Shown here piece by piece: positions 10,731-24,118 of a stretch of DNA of 64,000 bases; within the stretch, counting starts at the first letter, position 1, and every line of letters begins with the position of its first letter. Where the stretch lies: assembly GCF_032444005.1 (NCBI RefSeq), contig NC_091284.1, positions 792,360,001-792,424,000 on the forward strand. The letters run 5' to 3'. The translations under genes were made by a program, and so were the position numbers. Source of the stretch: Ranitomeya imitator. Its lineage: Eukaryota. The notes beneath the pieces are model-generated. The model ran no database searches. It worked only from the letters and a program-made list of their open reading frames with translations, and was not told the origin of the DNA.

Positions 10731-12859
10731 TTAAGATTTTAGGGTTTCCAACCATAGACGATGGGGCTGGTGTTTGTTATATTTTTCCATAATCCTTGGA
10801 CCAATTCTTCTTCTTCTTTATAGAAGAGATGGGGTGGTAGTTATCCACTAGCAAAGGAAAACCGCTAGTTGCCGTGGTCCACCTGTACTTACTACAGTAA
10901 GTATGGGAACAGCACAACAATTAATATTAAAAAAAACAGACCCCTAAAACTACAAAAAAGTTAGTAAAAAAGTCATACTCACCTCACTGATATGCATCTT
11001 TTATTCCCATGCTTCCTTGTTTCCTCTCCGATCTTTGCTTCGTTTTCTCTTGATACACAGGAAATGGGTGCTTAGCCAATCATCGGGCAAAGTGGTGACC
11101 CGCCTCAGTCAGTGATTGGCTGAGCTTCATTTCTTGAGTGTGGTAGGGCACCTGGAAGCAGAGACCAGCAGGTAACCTAAGCATTTGCAGAAGTTGAGCG
11201 GCAAGAAATCAGGGAGCTGAAAAATGGCTTTTTAAATGTTTTTACAGTATTTTAACCATGTTTAAAATGACTTCTCAGCTAATAATTGCAGTATCACATC
11301 TTACCACATGGTGTATCATTAAAAGAAACACGTTTTTAGAGCAAATTTGCACAGATACAGCACCCAACACCAGCATGATAGCCTGCTCATTACATTAATA
11401 GCGTTGTAGGTCTTGGCGATCTACATTATTTGTTCCCATTTACTTCCAATGAGTGATGCTCCATGTAAGTCACGTAGGTGCGCTATAGTCGTCGTACTAC
11501 TAGTCATCGCTACGATTTTATTTTATTTTATTTGTTGCGCGGAAATGGCAGAATTTTTGATGTGGCCATTAAAAAGCTAATATTCCATAATAAATCCTTA
11601 AAAAATGACCCAAATAGACTCTGAGAGTATTGGAGGTGGCAGAGGTTCTCGACAGCGGTTTATTACAGTAATACTGCTGAGTTAGGATGAGATCATTAGT
11701 ACTAATGTCAATGCCGACAGTATCGACTGGATATAATTGTATGTCAGTTTTATTAATTGTGTTCTTAGGTCAGTCGCATTTTTTATCAGAATATTTAAAA
11801 AAAAAACACTCCAAAAATAATAAAATTCGATGATATAATACAAAATCTAAGAGCTGTATTTCTTCCGTAGAGTTATTAATTAATTTACTTTAAATATATG
11901 AATACGAATATGTAATATACAAAGTACCGCACATAGATGTGGAAGCCAGTGACAGTTTATGCTGTTGCAGTGACCACTATAGGTGAAACTGGGTATTACA
12001 CTGTAGCCTTTCAAATGAATGACTATCCATTAGACATGAGCAGATCAGGCAAATTTTAAAATTTGCATATTAGCAGTTTTTTTTAAGGGGTAATTCGGTT
12101 TGCTGAGAAATTTAATGTCCCTTATTATGCCTTGGGGTGTCTCCAGACCCACAGAGAATAATGGTCATAATATGCAAATACATTAAGTAATCCTTATAAT
12201 CACTTCATTGCTCACAACTCTGGACCCTCTGTTCCTCGCCACCACCCATTTAGTCCTTTCCGCATCTTCAAATCACCGCAGCTCGAGTTGAAGTCCCATG
12301 GCCTCTCACAATTGGTAAGGACTTTGGTCTTTGAGGTGCCAAAGAGTGTTCTGGCCATGCGCACGCAAAGGTACGGACCATAGATGTTTAAGTATTCCAA
12401 TTTGGCGACCATACAGCCCCCAACTATACTGTAGGATTTATTTTGATGCCGTGTTCCTACCACATGGAATTTGTTGTTATGTCACCCTTATGGGACAAAG
12501 GGAAAATAATATGTTCAACCCAAAATCTAAGAAGAAATGATATCTAATGCTCTATAGTGCTACTCTATACTGTTGCTGTTGGGCCTACCAGAACTGACCC
12601 TATTCTGCCTGAATTCGCCTTGCTTGACTCATCTTATTTTTCTACCATCTAGTTACTGCACCACCACGTGAGCCACAGATCGCCTGCCTGCTCAATGAGT
12701 TTCATAGTGCTATACTGTACTGCTGCTAAGGGGGTTGCCATTACTGGCCCTATACTGTCAGACATCTTTTTGACTGTCCTATACTATTCTATATTATATG
12801 ATTACTGCCACTAGCACAATCACTAGATGCCGTTATCTCTTGTGCTTGTCCATAGATCA

Positions 12860-13330
12860 AAAGGAGAAAAATAGGAGCGATCGGGTCTAATACAATAGTA
12901 AATTTATTAGTAGATCAAAAAAATCCAAGAAAAGTACAACAATTATAATCCAATATTTACAAAAAAAAAGCAATTGCAGGAAAAAAGACACAGAAAAAAA
13001 GAGACCCACACAATTGCACCTGCCCGATTTGTAAAACAAATTACATCATATAAAGTGCAAGTGCAGTGGTATGTCACATATTGCTGGCAAGCATAATCGT
13101 CCTGTGGTAAATGTCACATCACTCCATAAGCTTAAGGACAAAACATGCTTACCAACAGGTGGAAATTAGAGGGTCCTACAGCCGGGTGTGGAAGCCCCGA
13201 AAACCATGACACACGTTTTGCGTGTCTAACGCCGCTTTCTCCAGTGGATATATATCTATATTGTACTGCTTCCGGGACGCGTACACTCTTCAGAGTACGC
13301 AAACATGAAATGGCTCGTGAAATTGGGATA
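12860..13330 (-). mobile_element. Probable Penelope-type terminal-repeat relic with degenerate hammerhead
   Basis: Hammerhead-like core on the minus strand at 13200-13250 and AATAAA on the minus strand (TTTATT at ~12903). Assignment is by analogy (inference). Confidence 0.4.
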
Positions 13331-15417
13331 CAAATTTTCACAACTTGTTGAGAGTCTGTTGCATTTTCACTGTAAAAACAACTAGCCTTTTTCTGTTCCT
13401 TAAATAATGAGATCCTTTTTTATGGATTTTTAAAAACCCATTGTAGTCCCCATTGAAGTCATTTTGAGAGTAGCAAACCTGCTAGTGGACTACTAGTTGA
13501 GAAGTCAATACTTCTTTCCTTTCAAAACAGAACACCTGTTTCTACACCCTATATAAAGGGATCATTTTTGCACTCCTAGTCGATAATCCATTGCTTCTTC
13601 ACTTTTCAAACAGCATACCTGTTTCTACTTTCTAAACAAATTGATAGCTTTTTCAGAAACCATCCAAAAATTATCGCTTCTTGATTTAGTAGACAATAAA
13701 GCTCTTGATACTCACAAAACACGGGGTAGTTTTTCCACCACCCTTTATAAAAAAGCAAACACCTTTTTTTGTTTCCACTGCATACGTTTTAAAAAAAACA
13801 GCACACCATGTATCTGTCTAAAAATGGGTAATTTTTGGACCTTTTTTTACAATTTTACAAGAAAAAAAAACCTGCCTTTTAATGGAATGTATTATTAGAC
13901 AGACAGTTGATTACTATCAAATTACTATACATTTTTCATTAAATAGCTTGAAAGGGGTTCAATACAGTCCTAGGAGACCTCAGAGTGTTATACATATTTT
14001 TTCCAGGCAATCAGGGGCTTTGCAGTATTGAGAGTCATGGTGAACCAATTTTTTTTCTGAAAAAATTGACAAACTCGGCGAATTCGAATTTCATCGTCTC
14101 TAATTATTTCTGTTATAATTACTATGATGATAGTTGTTTAATTTCCGCCACTTTGTACACACTTGTACATGGTGAGATTTATTTTCGGTTGCGCTTACTT
14201 GAATTATGTTTCACCGTATGGTAGATAAAAGTGGTTTTTCTGTCTCGATTCTGTAATTAAAATTCTGATGAGTTCATAATCCTTCTTGCTGTAGCCTAAT
14301 ATGCTTTCATATCACATTAACGTCACATTTGGGATATCAGGCCCACAATAGAATGGCCGACTTGTGTGGAGCGGCACAGTTGTCCTCTGTAATTCTTTAT
14401 GCTCTGTAATATATCGCATTAAGCAATGTGTACTGCTGACAAATAATTCCTGTCAAAAAGGTTTTACAATATAATTGGATTTTTGACTTGTACGCAGCAA
14501 TATAAAGTTGCTGTTCATATCGGGTCAATTACCGTAGGCTCATTTGAAGTTGCATGGTGGAATGTCTTAAGCAGCGTGGTGGGAAAAAGTGGACTAAATT
14601 AAAAATCCCCAGTAGCAATTTTATGTATCTTTATTAATAACAATTATAATACATTAGGTTATAGTCTCTGCTTCTTTACAAAATGAAGACGTTGAAAAAT
14701 AAATGAGTGTAGTAGTACAATGGCTTCTATGAATAAAAGATTATGCAGATGACTGCTCCATAAAGATCAGTCTGCTTCTGTGCCACGGATAGGAGTGCAG
14801 CCCATTATTCATTGCCTGGCCTATATAATGTTTCTTGATAAGGCTCAGAGCCTTAAATTAAATATGTTTATTAATAATATTCTAACTGATAGGACTACAG
14901 GGGATTAAGCATATTATATAGATTGTGTTGTCCATTCTGGACATTCCCTTATGTTAAGAGGGTCTTCCAAAATAAGAAGTTCATGGGTTGTACCACTAGA
15001 TCGCACTTTAAAGCTTCCTGACTCGATGTTAATTTGACTCTATATGACTCTTGATCCTTTCCTATCTACCATCTATCCAGTTGCCCACCTCTGTACCATC
15101 TTTAAAACTGACTCCTTCCAAACTCCAGGGTCCATCCCAGGTACTTATTTATTTTGCAAAAATTCTTCTATTGACTACTACTTGAGATGAGTGAATCAAT
15201 TTGTGTCAATTTTTTTAAGAATTCACCCAGCCCAGAAAATGTGAACAATTTAAGATATGCTTTATGCAAATTTCCTAAAATGGAGGTGGAAAATTTAAAC
15301 CTGACCTTATGTTAGATTCCCCAGAATGGTTTCCCGCTATCGCATTGCATGGTATAGCATTACCAACCAGGGAGGACTATCATAGTCTGTATAAAAGCAG
15401 AAGCAGGGAAGACAGCA

Positions 15418-16097
15418 GACTACTGCAACCTCCTGCTCTGTGGCCTCCCCTCGAACACTCTAGCACCCCTCCATTCTATTCTAAACTCTGCTGCCCGACT
15501 AATCCACCTGTCCCCCCGCTATTCCCCGGCCTCTCCCCTCTGTCAATCCCATCACTGGCTCCCCATTGCCCAGAGACTCCAGTACAAAACCCTAACCATG
15601 ACGTACAAAGCCATCCACAACCTGCCTCCTCCATACATCTGTGACCTCGTCTCCCGGTACTTACCTACACGCAACCTCCGATCCTCACAAGATCTCCTTC
15701 TCTACTCCCCTCTTATCTCCTCTTCCCACAATCGTATACAAGATTTCTCTCGCGCATCCCGACTACTCTGGAACCCTCTACCACAACACATCAGACTCTC
15801 GCCTACCATCAAAACCTTCAAAAAGAACCTGAAGACCCACCTCTTCCGGCAAGCCTACAACCTGCAGTAACCACCGATCGACCAAAGCGCTGCATGACCA
15901 TCTCTACCCTCACCTACTGTATCCTCACCCATCCCTTGTAGATTGTGAGCCCTCGCGGGCAGGGTCCTCACTCCTCCTGTACCAGTTCTGACTTGTATTG
16001 TATAAGATTATTGGACTTGTTTTATTATGTATACCCCTCCTCACATGTAAAGCGCCATGGAATAAATGGCACTATAACAATAAATAATAATAATAAT
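15418..16097 (+). mobile_element. L2 LINE, 5'-truncated 3' end
   Basis: DYCNLLL.GLP, LNSAARLI, HWLP, F.R...LWN.LP, FKKNLKTHLF..AY (L2 ORF2 C-terminus), then the 3' UTR motif TGTGAGCCCTCGCGGGCAGGGTCCT and an (AAT)n tail. Confidence 0.92.
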
Positions 16098-17130
16098 TTT
16101 ATGGTAAACCTGCATAGTGAGAGGACGTTACAACTCACAGCTCAGCCATAAAGAGGGCGAGATCCATACAATACTGAATAAGTTTTACAGGTAGTGTGTA
16201 ATGGCACAGAAGCGAAGAAGATTAGTGTGATAGTAAAAGACTACCGTATCATACATGTGTTTCCGGACAACTGGAGATTTATCCGGTCTCCACCATATCT
16301 CCCTTGGTCTGCTATTGCATAACTTTGCTACTGTGGCCTTTTTTTTCTAGAATTTGCTTTTCTCCGATATCAGACTCTCTTTCCCACCTAATAAAGTTTC
16401 ATACATCCCTTCAATGCCACCTCTTCAAAAATACATATTGATGTTTTTTCCACTAACAAAACTCGTAAAATGTATTTTTTGGAATGTTTCTTCCATTATA
16501 GGAGAATTTCCTAAACTAATATTCAGTTGAATAGCTCCTGCTGACTATGCAAAAGCTATATGAACCTTGAAAACCAACGGTCTTCACACCCATTGCATGT
16601 AAGATATCGGTGGTCACAAAAAGTACCCACATTACCTCTTCCTGAGTGGTCCAAGCATGGATATAAGTGCATGAGAAGATAGAGGAGATCTATTCGTCCT
16701 CCACTCTATTACATCTTATCTCTGATGCTTACATAGCCCGTTCATGGGCACCAGGCTGTCATAAACTGAAGAGCTGGGGTATGGAATAAAAATAATTACA
16801 GTTTTATCTGCTACAACTTAGAGGAATCGTTCCAGAATCAAAAGTTATCTGTTATTTGTAGGATAGGTCATTGGAAGCCCAACCTCAGCTCTATGGAAAT
16901 CCAAGTAAAGTGCTCAAAAATTTCCCATAGACAATTAATGGAAGGAAGGTTAAACATGAGCACCTCTGCTCCATTCAAGATGGGGATCTTCAACCTTTTG
17001 TCAGTTTACATCCTTTTAGGAAAAACCTCTCCAAACGACGACCACTTTTATAAGATCAACCCTTCATCCACTTCTAATAGTCTCTCCATGACATAGTTTT
17101 ATTTTCACCATATACTATTATTATTAGGTA

Positions 17131-17841
17131 CAGTTGTGCTCAAAAGTTTACATACCCCAGCAGAATTTTTGCTTTCTTGGCCTTTTTTCAGAGAATATGA
17201 ATGATAACACCAAAACTTTTTCTCCACTCATGGTTAGTGGTTGGGTGAAGCCATTTATTGTCAAAACTACTGTGTTTTCTCTTTTTAAATCATAATGACA
17301 ACAACCCAAAACATCCATATGACCCTGATCAAAAGTTCACATACCCCATTTCTTAATACCATGTATTGCCCCCTCTAACATCAATGACAGCTTGAAGTCT
17401 TTTGTGGTAGTTGTGGATGAGGTTCTTTATTTTCTCAGATGGTAAAGCTGCCCACTCCTCTTGGCAAAAAAGCCTCCAGCTCCTGTATATTCCTGGGTTG
17501 TCTAGCATGAACTGTGCGCTTGAGATCTTCCCAGAGTGGCTCAATGATATTGAGGTCAGGAGACTGAGATGGCCACTCTGGAACCTTCACTTTGTTCAGC
17601 TGTAGCCAATGACAGGTCGAATTGGCCTTGTGTTTTGGATCATTGTCATGTTGGAACGTCCAAGTACGTCCTATGCGCAGCTTCCGGGCTGATGAGTGCA
17701 AATTTGCCTCCAGTATTTGCTGATAACGTGCTGCATTTATCAACTTCAACTTGGACCAAGGTTCCTGTGCCTTTGTAGCTCTGAAAAAAAGGCCAAGAAA
17801 GCAAAAATTATGCTGGGGTATGTAAACTTTGAGCAAAACTG
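17131..17841 (-). mobile_element. Internally deleted Tc1 element (711 bp)
   Basis: TA|CAGTTGTGCTCAAAAGTTTACATACCCC ... GGGGTATGTAAACTTTGAGCAAAACTG|TA. Retains only the C-terminal transposase ([32 protein letters not shown]). One TIR is complete (~228 bp); the other keeps only its outer ~60 bp. Confidence 0.92.
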
Positions 17842-18609
17842 TATATTCTTTAAGAAAAACATTCCCTTAGAAGACCATCTCTCAATGCAATTTTTAATAG
17901 TCATCTCAAAGTTGTCACAATCAGCCTTGTTCATCAATTGTGGGGTTTTGTTTTTATCTAGTGTACATGAAATTAATACATGGGGTAAATTTGTGACAAA
18001 TTTTGACAAGTTGCTAATGATGACTCTCGGGAAAACAGCTGGAAACATTAAACTCTGCTCTCAACGGAGACCATACTAAAAGCCAGACAAACAAATAAAG
18101 TACACATAAAAAAGGCACAAATGGAAAAAAAAAGTAATTTGGTGCAAAGAGAAAAAGAAAAAAAGGCAACAAAAACTAGTAAAAAAAAATTGCAAACGCA
18201 ATAATGAAACGCTCACTGTATTTCTACTGGTCAAAACTTTTTATTTTGATTCACTTTTTCGAGATCTACAGTGCTGTATGAGGTGCTAGAGTGAATTAAA
18301 ATACAGATTAAAAAATTGAGGAATTTAGTATTATGTTTTACTAAGTAAAGATTCACGTGTGACCTAAAAGATGTAGATTTTCTCTCAAGGAAAATTCCAT
18401 TTTTGTAATTCACACACTTGTAATTGTATGGAAAAAAAATTCCATTTACATAAAGTAGGAATGCAGAATAATCTTTAGATTTTGATGCTATTTTAATTCC
18501 ACACTTAAATCTACATACGGAAATATATGCCACAATATCTGCTGCAATGTTTATACAGCAAAATAAATGCAACCAAATCCAAATTTCTGTAAAAAATTGT
18601 GACATTTAA

Positions 18610-18969
18610 AAGGAATATGTGAGCAGATTTTTTGCTATATAATCTGAGCGCAGCATGATGTAGTGGCAGAGAGACTGATTCCAACTTGGTTCAGTTTTGA
18701 TAGAATCCCTGTTTTCTCTGCTGTAGATGTAGCAGTGGTCAGAAGCAAGCTGCCAATCATTTGTGGGGGTGGGGTTATACAGGTTAGCTGAACTGGTTTT
18801 CACGTGACAACTAGACCAGTAGAGATAATCTCTTGCTGATAAAACACTAATTATCTTGAAACTATAGCACACACAGCCTAATAAGTGACACATCTCTGAA
18901 ATCAGACTGTCTGCACACACTTTATGCTGCTCTCTGATTGAGTAGCAAATATATGCTGACATATTCCCT
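18610..18969. mobile_element. T2/Kolobok-type MITE, same family as 1743-2141
   Basis: TTAA|AAGGAATATGTGAGCAGATTTTTTGCTATATAATCTGAG ... GCTGACATATTCCCT|TTAA; TTAA on both sides. Confidence 0.75.
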
Positions 18970-19159
18970 TTAAGTGCAGATTCTATGGTGCATTTGTATG
19001 CTGTGCATGAATTCACTCTAAAACACAGGTTTCACGTAACAGCACTCCAGGTGGTTAGGAGTGGTATTGCAATTGCTAATGTTTTATGTTCAGTGTAATT
19101 CACAATTAATAAAATATCACTATTTATCATTATATTTTTTACATGCAAAAGTAATTTAA

Positions 19160-20245
19160 CCCCTTCACGCCGCAGCCCATTTTCATTTTTGCGTTTCTGT
19201 TTTTTGCTCCCCTTCTTCCCAGAGGCATAATTTTTTTTATTTTTCCATCAATATGGCCATGTGAGGGCAGTTTTTTTGCAGGATGAGTTGTACTTTTGAA
19301 CAACAACCTTGGTTTTACCATATTGTGTACTGAAAAACAGGAAAAAAATGCGATGAAATTGCAAAAAAAAGTGCAATCCCACAACTGCTTTTTTTTTTAA
19401 CCATGTTTATCAAATGCTAAAACTGACCTGCCATTATGATTCTCCAGGTCATTATGAGTTCATAGATACCAAATATGTATAAGTTGTTTTTTATTTAAGT
19501 GGTGAAAAAAAATCCAAAGTTTAAAAATATAAAATTGTGCCATTTTCCCAGACCCGTACTGTCTACATTTTTCGTGGTCTGGGGCTGAGTGATGGCTTAT
19601 TTTTTGTGCACCGAGCTGAAGTTTTTATTGATACAATTTTGGTGCAGATATGATCTTATGATTGAATTTTATTACAATGTTGCGGCCACCAAAAAACATA
19701 ATTCTTGGATTTTTACTTCTTTTTCCGCCGTTTATTGTTCGGATTAATTCTTTTTATATCTTGATAGATGGGGCAATTCTGAATGCGGCGATACCAAATA
19801 TGTGTATGCTTTTTTTTTTATTGCTTTTTTTAATGTGGGGTGATTTGAACTTTCATATATTTTTATTTTTTTTATATTTTTAAAAAATGATTTATTCTTT
19901 ACACTTGCTTCAATAGTCTCCATGGGAGACTAAAAGCTGCGATCATCCGATCACTTGAAATGCTCACTTGCTACTGCAGACCCCGGATGTCATGCCAACC
20001 CATCGGCGACCCGCGGTCATGTGATGTGATTGTGTTAAATGTCGTTGTCAGAGATTGACAGCGACATTTAACAGGTTAACAGCAGCGAGTGGATCATGAT
20101 TCCACCCGCAGCTGTTAGGGGCACATGTCAGCTGTTCAAATCAGCTGACATGTGCCGGGAAAGACGTGGGCTCACCGCCAGAGCCAACATCAAAATGGAG
20201 AGACACGACATGGGAAGTACATGTACGGTGCATGTCTTGAGGGGG
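19160..20245. mobile_element. piggyBac-like non-autonomous element (1086 bp)
   Basis: TTAA|CCCCTTCACGCC ... GTCTTGAGGGGG|TTAA, i.e. TTAA TSD with CCC/GGG termini. No ORF. Confidence 0.75.
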
Positions 20246-21092
20246 TTAATATCTTCTAATTCACATGTTATAGACATTGCCGTATAAACTTCCTTTATTC
20301 ATAAAAGACAAACAGCCACTTAAACTATTACAAGGAATGGCTTTCAGTCTTTGTCATTTAGATATGCTTTAGTCATAGAACTTACGGCCTTGATCTTTAA
20401 CCCATCTACTTGCTTAACTGTGACATAATCAAAACATCTGTGCATTTTATCCAAAACAGTGAAATGATCGGCTAATGGCTTCATTCAGCCTTTGTAGTCC
20501 ACTCCAAGTTAATTAGGTTGTTTACAAGGCTCGTCTCAACAGCTGAGCTCCTGTCTTCCAATAACCGCCAGGTTGGAGGCAAGACTGTCGAAAACTGGCG
20601 GCATATCCATTTGAAGCTAATGGGTTTTGGCCATTGTACATTTCATGTAGGACAAGACCTTGACTGGAAATTCACCTTATTTCTAAAGCCATTATGTATA
20701 TTATTACTCCAGCGCATAGATGAGGAAATTGCATCTGTTTTTTTTTTAGAGTCATTCATCAGTTATGAACCCCACAAAGGTAGGAATATTTTTCATGTCT
20801 GTCGTGAAGAAAATAGACATTTATTAATGGGTCCCCATTCAGTAACATAAAATAACGGATGTATTGAAATGATGAAAAATAACCAGTTTTAACTGAAGAT
20901 TGTTTTTTGGTTTGTTCTTTCTCATTTTTCTTTTAGGTTGAGGTTTCATTCGATTATTTGGGGAGCAATTATTAAATCTGACTTTATCTATCGAACAAAG
21001 GGTTCAATTTTATAAAATCTATTAAATTCTTGGCCTTGATGTTTCAAAATTGGGCCTCATATATATTAGAGTTCTAAATAGAGGACATTTAA

Positions 21093-21316
21093 GGCTCCTA
21101 CGCTAATGCGTGTCGGGGTCCTCGACATGCTCAAGGAGTTAAGGAACCGGCGTGTTCAATTTCGGACTGCTGATCCTTTTGTTTTCTTTGAAGTAATGAG
21201 CAGCCTATATCATATCGAAAGCAGGATTCGGCAGCCAAGTGTTTGCTCCGGTGTATGGGAGAATCGGGAGAGACAGCTGCATTTGGCCTACACCTACCTA
21301 ACGTGTATGGGGGGCT
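21093..21316. mobile_element. Degenerate Harbinger-like MITE
   Basis: Imperfect TIRs GGCTCCTACGCTAAT / ACGTGTATGGGGGGCT flanked by TAA/TTA-like triplets. Confidence 0.3.
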
Positions 21317-21392
21317 TTACATTCATTCTAGTCCAGTTTTGCGAGAGTAGAAGGCTTCTAAATTCATTATGATGGTTATGTCACTTAATTAA

Positions 21393-21575
21393 AGGGACTC
21401 TGTCACCTGAATTTGGAGGGAACAATCTTCAGCCATAGGGGCGGGGTTTTCTGGTGTTTGATTCACCCTTTCCTTACCCGCTGGCTGCATGCTGGCTGCA
21501 ATATTGGATTGAAGTTCATTCTCTGTCCTCCATAGTACACGCCTGCACAAGGCAAGATTGCCTATTCTGAGTGGC
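21393..21575. mobile_element. Truncated T2-type MITE (left end only)
   Basis: TTAA|AGGGACTCTGTCACC terminus, similar to the AGGGAACCTGTCACC terminus of 22313-23196; no right end found. Confidence 0.5.
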
Positions 21576-21931
21576 GTGCACCTGCATGTGCCACGCCAGA
21601 TATGGTTCTCCAGTCAGTGACTGGAGCAGCATTTCTAGGGTACAAAACAATGCTGTTTTTGGTGAATTTCGTGAACAGGCATGACCAGGTTCTGCCCTGG
21701 CTCCTCCTCAGCCATGCCTGTTTTGGCAGAGCTGATTCAAACTGGTACTGGAAACACCAAAAGTTGCAAAATTTTTGCACACCTCCCCGTTGCACAAAAA
21801 ATTTTCAAAGCTTTTAATTCACTTCTCTGGTGTAAAAACTTTGATGAATTGGCCTCTTAATGTTTAGAATTTATTGTTTTTGTAGGAATCACTAAAATAT
21901 TGGCACATGCCATTAGAGATGGCAATTGTAA

Positions 21932-22301
21932 GGCTGTGTGCACACGTTGCAGATTTTTTGCATTTTTTCACTATAAAAACACTATAAAAATGCAAAAAAA
22001 TGCATACATTATGCATCCCATCATTTAGAATGCATTCTGCAATTTTTGTGCACATGATGCGGGTTTTTTTCCGCAAAAAAACGCATCGTGGTAAAAAACG
22101 CAGCATGTTCATTAACTTTGCATATTTTTTGCGGATTTCCCACTATATTATTGCATTGGGAACCTCCGGAAAAATCCACACAAAAAAACGCACCAAAAAC
22201 GCGGTAAAAACGCGAGAAAAACTCAAGCCGATTTCTTGCAGAAAATGTCCAGCTTTGCTCAGAAAATTTCTGCAAGAAATCCTGAACGTGTGCACATAGC
22301 C
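21932..22301. mobile_element. Harbinger/PIF-type MITE
   Basis: TAA|GGCTGTGTGCACACGTT ... AACGTGTGCACATAGCC|TAA; 3-bp TAA TSD. Confidence 0.8.
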
Positions 22302-22312
22302 TAAATGTTTTC

Positions 22313-23196
22313 GGGAACCTGTCACCCCCCTTTTTTTCAAGATGAGCTACAAATACCGTTAAATAGGGGCAGAGCTGTGCTTTACATTAGTGTATTTTGT
22401 GAGCCTTTATTCCCCACCTATCCCACCGAGATACCTTTGTAAAGTCGCCGTTTTGGGCTGTCACTCACGCTGGTCAGGTCATATGGGCGTGGGGACAGCG
22501 CTGTTTCTCCCCCAGATCTCTGTTGGTGGCGTAGTGGTGTGCGCATGTCCAACTGGCGAATCCACTGCGCAGCTTGAAGGAAAATAGCGTGATCTGCGCT
22601 ATTCAGCCATTTATCGGTGGGCGCGGACATCTTTGTGAGGCCGCGCATGCGCAGATGGTTCTTCTCGGCTTCCCGGGGCTTCAGGAAAATGGCTGCGGGA
22701 TGCCGCGCGTGCGTACATGGAGATCTCGGCGGCCATTTTCCTGAAGCCGAGTTCGCATCTCGGCTGCAGGAAAATGGCCGCCGCAATCTCCATGTGCGCA
22801 CGCGTGGCATCCCGCGGCCATTTTCCTGAAGCCCCGGGAAGCCGAGAAGAACCATCTGCGCACACGCGGCCTCACAAAGATGGCCACGCCTACCGATAAA
22901 TGGCTGAATAGCGCAGATCACGCTATTTTCCTTCAAGCTGCGCAGTGGATTCGCCAGTTGGACATGCGCACACCACTACGCCACCAACAGAGATCTGGGG
23001 GAGAAACAGCGCTCTCACCACGCCCACCTGACCAGACCAGCGTGAGTGACAGCCCAAAACGGCGACTTTGCAAAGGTATTTCGGCAGCATAGGTGGGGAA
23101 TAAAGGCTCACAAAATACACTAATGTAAAGCACAGCTCTGCCCCTATTTAACGGTATTTTTAGCTCATCTTGAAAAAACGGGGTGACAGGTTCCCT
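22313..23196. mobile_element. 884-bp fold-back T2/Kolobok-type MITE (whole element is an inverted repeat)
   Basis: GGGAACCTGTCACCCC ... GGGGTGACAGGTTCCCT|TTAA. The arms pair over essentially the full length around a GCCGAG-TTCGCAT-CTCGGC centre (~22747-22765). Confidence 0.88.
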
Positions 23197-24118
23197 TTAA
23201 GCTATATTTATGCATCCATTTCAGTTTTTATGCTTATCAACTATTGACCTGTTTTCTCTCTTGGGTCATCCGCTTTGACTCCATTTTGCATTCATTCCAT
23301 CTCTTTTTTTTTTGAAAATCAATGCTTAAACTGTGTAAACATTTTTTCCACTGAGTTTTTGTAATTGATCAGTTAAAAATTGAAGGAAAACTGATGCAAA
23401 ATGGAGGTCTTCTGTGTTTCATTCACTTTTTACTATTCCTAGTAGACTTAAAACGGGTTGTCCAGTACAAATCGATATCTGCAGTTACTCTGTGTAACCC
23501 CTTTAATAGATGGGTACGAGCCCCGAAAATGAATGTGAATAGATAATGGAATGAGTTTCATGGATTAAACCAAAGGAACCATAAAAAAAAATTGGAAATG
23601 TTCATGGTTCTATTAAACTCAATGTGATGTTTGTTTTAAAAATATACAGTACACGGATGAAGAAAATAATGGATGTGTGAATGTAGCCTTATAAAAAGAG
23701 AGACCATAATCAATGAGACAAGAAGTGATGTCATTTGGATGACACCAATAGACAGGAAACCCAACATTTAAAGTAGGACAACCGAGTGACACACTGTAAA
23801 ATGACTGCAATCTCATGATAAAGGCATGTTGTATTTGATATAGATAAGGAGTTCAGTAAGGGGGACAGAAATGTGATGAATAGCACTCCAGGCTTGAAAG
23901 TTGATATCAGGATGTGCAACCATAGGGGGATTATTGGCAAACTGATGCCCAAAAACATGCACCAGTAAAAAACTAAAAACCGGTAGCATGCCAACATTGG
24001 TAAAAAAACAAACATTGAATTGTGATATAAAAGCAACACGAGCTTTTGATTACATCTTGGCCTTTAGAAATACTAATATGTAACTGAAACGCATTGTTTT
24101 TGGACCGCAATACAATGG

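Noticed and set aside
12200-12320. Possible host exon ending in G|GTAAGG
   Set aside because: There is no convincing acceptor, no recognisable protein in any frame and no partner exons.
13641-13898. 85-aa ORF faintly like a Penelope RT thumb (LLDLV..STTLYKK)
   Set aside because: The similarity is too weak and no adjacent RT motifs were found.
22390-23133. Cluster of mirror-image ORFs on both strands
   Set aside because: They are a by-product of the GC-rich palindromic MITE.
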